From Chrysomallon squamiferum (Eukaryota > Animalia > Mollusca): DNA of 64,000 bases. Under the pieces are notes generated by a model, which made no database searches, was not told where the DNA came from, and saw nothing but the letters and a program-made list of their open reading frames with translations. The stretch's first letter is position 1; each line of letters begins with the position of its first letter. Position numbers and translations under genes: made by a program. Shown in pieces: positions 61,443 through 64,000 of this stretch. Location: positions 9,114,001-9,178,000 of the forward strand of contig CM022672.1 in the NCBI GenBank assembly GCA_012295275.1, in the 5' to 3' direction.

Positions 61443-61725
61443 TCAGCAGTAGAAGTAGCAGTAATAAGTGCTGCTGTTGTAATTAAAGAAGTAGCAGATA
61501 ATAAATGCAAATGTTTTCAGGAAAGTAAATGGGCACATCGTTCAGAAGAATGTTTCTGTTATACATTTATTAATTTCAAATATTTTAATTTATTATATTT
61601 AACATAATTCCAAGACAATTACAACAACTGCACCATCGTTATAATCATCATCGGCAGCAATACAAATTAATAATCACAGCAACAACAACAACAATAACAA
61701 TAATAATAAAAATAATAGTAATAAT

Positions 61726-61758
<33 letters not shown>

Positions 61759-62715
61759 ACAAATAATATACTGTTATCAAAATCATCACCGTTGTTCTTA
61801 TTGTTATTGTTTGCTAAAACTGTTAACTCTAGCTATTTTCGAAACAAGTTAATGCACCCTACACAACAATAGAATCATACAGTAATAAACTAAAATATAA
61901 AATAACTATAAACATTTCAAGCATGTTCAACACAAACGCACCATACAACAAACACTATGACAGTCTATCCTGAACACACAGCCATCCATTACGCCGTGAT
62001 TTCGAAGAATCGCTTCCTGGCTCCTCCACATCGCAGATGTCATTTATTCACGTGACTGACTTCTGAAAATAAATTCGCTTCTTTCTTAATTTCACTGACC
62101 AAGCACTGAAGTATATGGAAGTGATGAGGTCCCAGAGGACATGGTTCAAGCCGTTAAGACGTTTTATTCTTTAGGTTCATTTTATGACGCCAACAAATCG
62201 ACCAATGGTCCGTGTAATTTCTGGGAAACCTGCATGGCCAAATTTCCTTTCAGGCCTGTCCAAACTGATGACTATCGGATCCGTTCTTTGTGTCGTTGTA
62301 CGCGCTGCTGCTACTGACTGTGTGTAATCGCGACGTTGTCGGAACACACGGTGCAGATGCCTCAGCGATAGAAAGAAAAAGCGAGTTTATTTCAAGGAGC
62401 GGGGCGAGTTTAACTTAAAAAGGGAGATAGAGATATTTGTTAGGCTAATGAAGATTTTTTTTAGTATAAAATGAGTTAGATTATAAATAAATAAATAAAT
62501 AAATAAATAATGATGTTGGTGATGATAATGATGATGATGATGATAACAATAATAATATTAATATGAATATTAGTAAATAAATAATTAAATAATAATAAAT
62601 AATAATATAATAATTATGATGAAGATGATTATAATAATAACAATAACAATAACAACTATAGCAATAACAACAGCAACAACAACAACAATACTACTACTAC
62701 TACTACTACTACTAC

Positions 62716-62769
<54 letters not shown>

Positions 62770-62980
62770 GTCATTAGAAAAAAAAAAATATCTAAAGAAA
62801 CCAAACAAGACAATCAAGTATCCATTATTATCTTCAGAATAATAGGAAATAATTAAAATATTTATACCTTCAAAAATATTTAGTATTTTCAACCACTTGA
62901 TGTAACATACTTGTTTAATTTTTTTTTTTTTTTATCATCATCATTACTATTATTATTACTATTATTTTGTTTATCTCTTT

Positions 62981-63019
<39 letters not shown>

Positions 63020-63288
63020 TTTTTTTATTTATTTTTGGTTTTATTTCTTTGTCAGTTTCCTTCAGGTAACAAAATAGTTCTGGTTGTAAACTTAGTCTGA
63101 GGAGCGGAGAATTATCTAACTTACAAATATTGTTACTACTTTAGATTAGGTTGAATCTTATAATGTTTTGAATCGACTGAAAAAGAAATTTCTTTTAGTC
63201 CTGCTTTATATGTATGTATGTATGTATGTATGTATATATATATATATATATATATAAAAGGAAAAAAGGAAAAAAAAAAAAAAATGAA

Positions 63289-63331
<43 letters not shown>

Positions 63332-64000
63332 CCTTTTGCTTGTTTATTTGTTTGATTATTTCTCCTTCTTCTCATTATATATATATATATATATATATTT
63401 GGTTGTTGTTCATTTGTCAGTGTAGGTATATCAACATACATCGTTTGCAACTTTTGCTTAATCAGTAACGTTTTTAATATATACTAAATGTGGTACTGTT
63501 TGAACGCTTATATATTTACTTATATTTATTATCGTTATTTAAACACTGGAATCTTTTTCACAAGTCGAGATTTATCTAGATTTTATTTTCAATGCGGATC
63601 TCTCTACAAAACACATTCTTGCGTCGAAAGAATGCGAATCGTCTCTAAATACCCCAATGTGACATTTAACACCAATTTGAAGATCGAAAGTTAAATGTAC
63701 AGCCAAATCCCGGCAGAACAAACGCCTACGGATGCGAGATGCCCAGAATTCTGCAATAATCATAAACGAAAGAGACCACAGATGAAGAATATTCCTTGCT
63801 TCTTTATTTCGTGCATTCCGAGAGACAAAAACAATGCAGATAGCTTTTATCAAAGTATATCTGTATTCTCAGAAGGCGTACAAACAGAAGACTACAGTGC
63901 AAGGGTGTTTGGTTCTCCCATCAGGCAGCATGTCCCCGGGGTGCTCAGCTAAGTTCCGTCAGCGTGTGGTTAATGCAGACAGTGTTGGTTCTGATTATTA

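Overview
AT-rich, microsatellite-dense animal genomic DNA. An invertebrate, probably a mollusc/lophotrochozoan, is inferred from repeat content and cannot be proven here. The only supportable protein-coding gene is a two-exon NK1-class homeobox gene (Nkx1/slouch/Sax) on the minus strand: coding exon 1 at 23515-22993, a phase-1 GT-AG intron at 22992-20401, and coding exon 2 at 20400-19868. It encodes 351 aa with an eh1 motif (FSVADILDPDKF) and an NK1 homeodomain. The rest is an apparent gene desert of about 20 kb downstream and 40 kb upstream, where ~0.3-1 kb CpG-retaining complex-sequence islands (candidate enhancers/CNEs) alternate with simple repeats. Also present are a TA-flanked Tigger/pogo-like MITE resembling mammalian Tigger4/MER46, several decayed tRNA-derived SINE remnants, (TA)n-centred palindromes, a tandem duplication upstream of the promoter and a 37-bp minisatellite. 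Nearly all other ORFs in the track are microsatellite artefacts. I found no clear-cut new biological system; the best leads are listed as findings.
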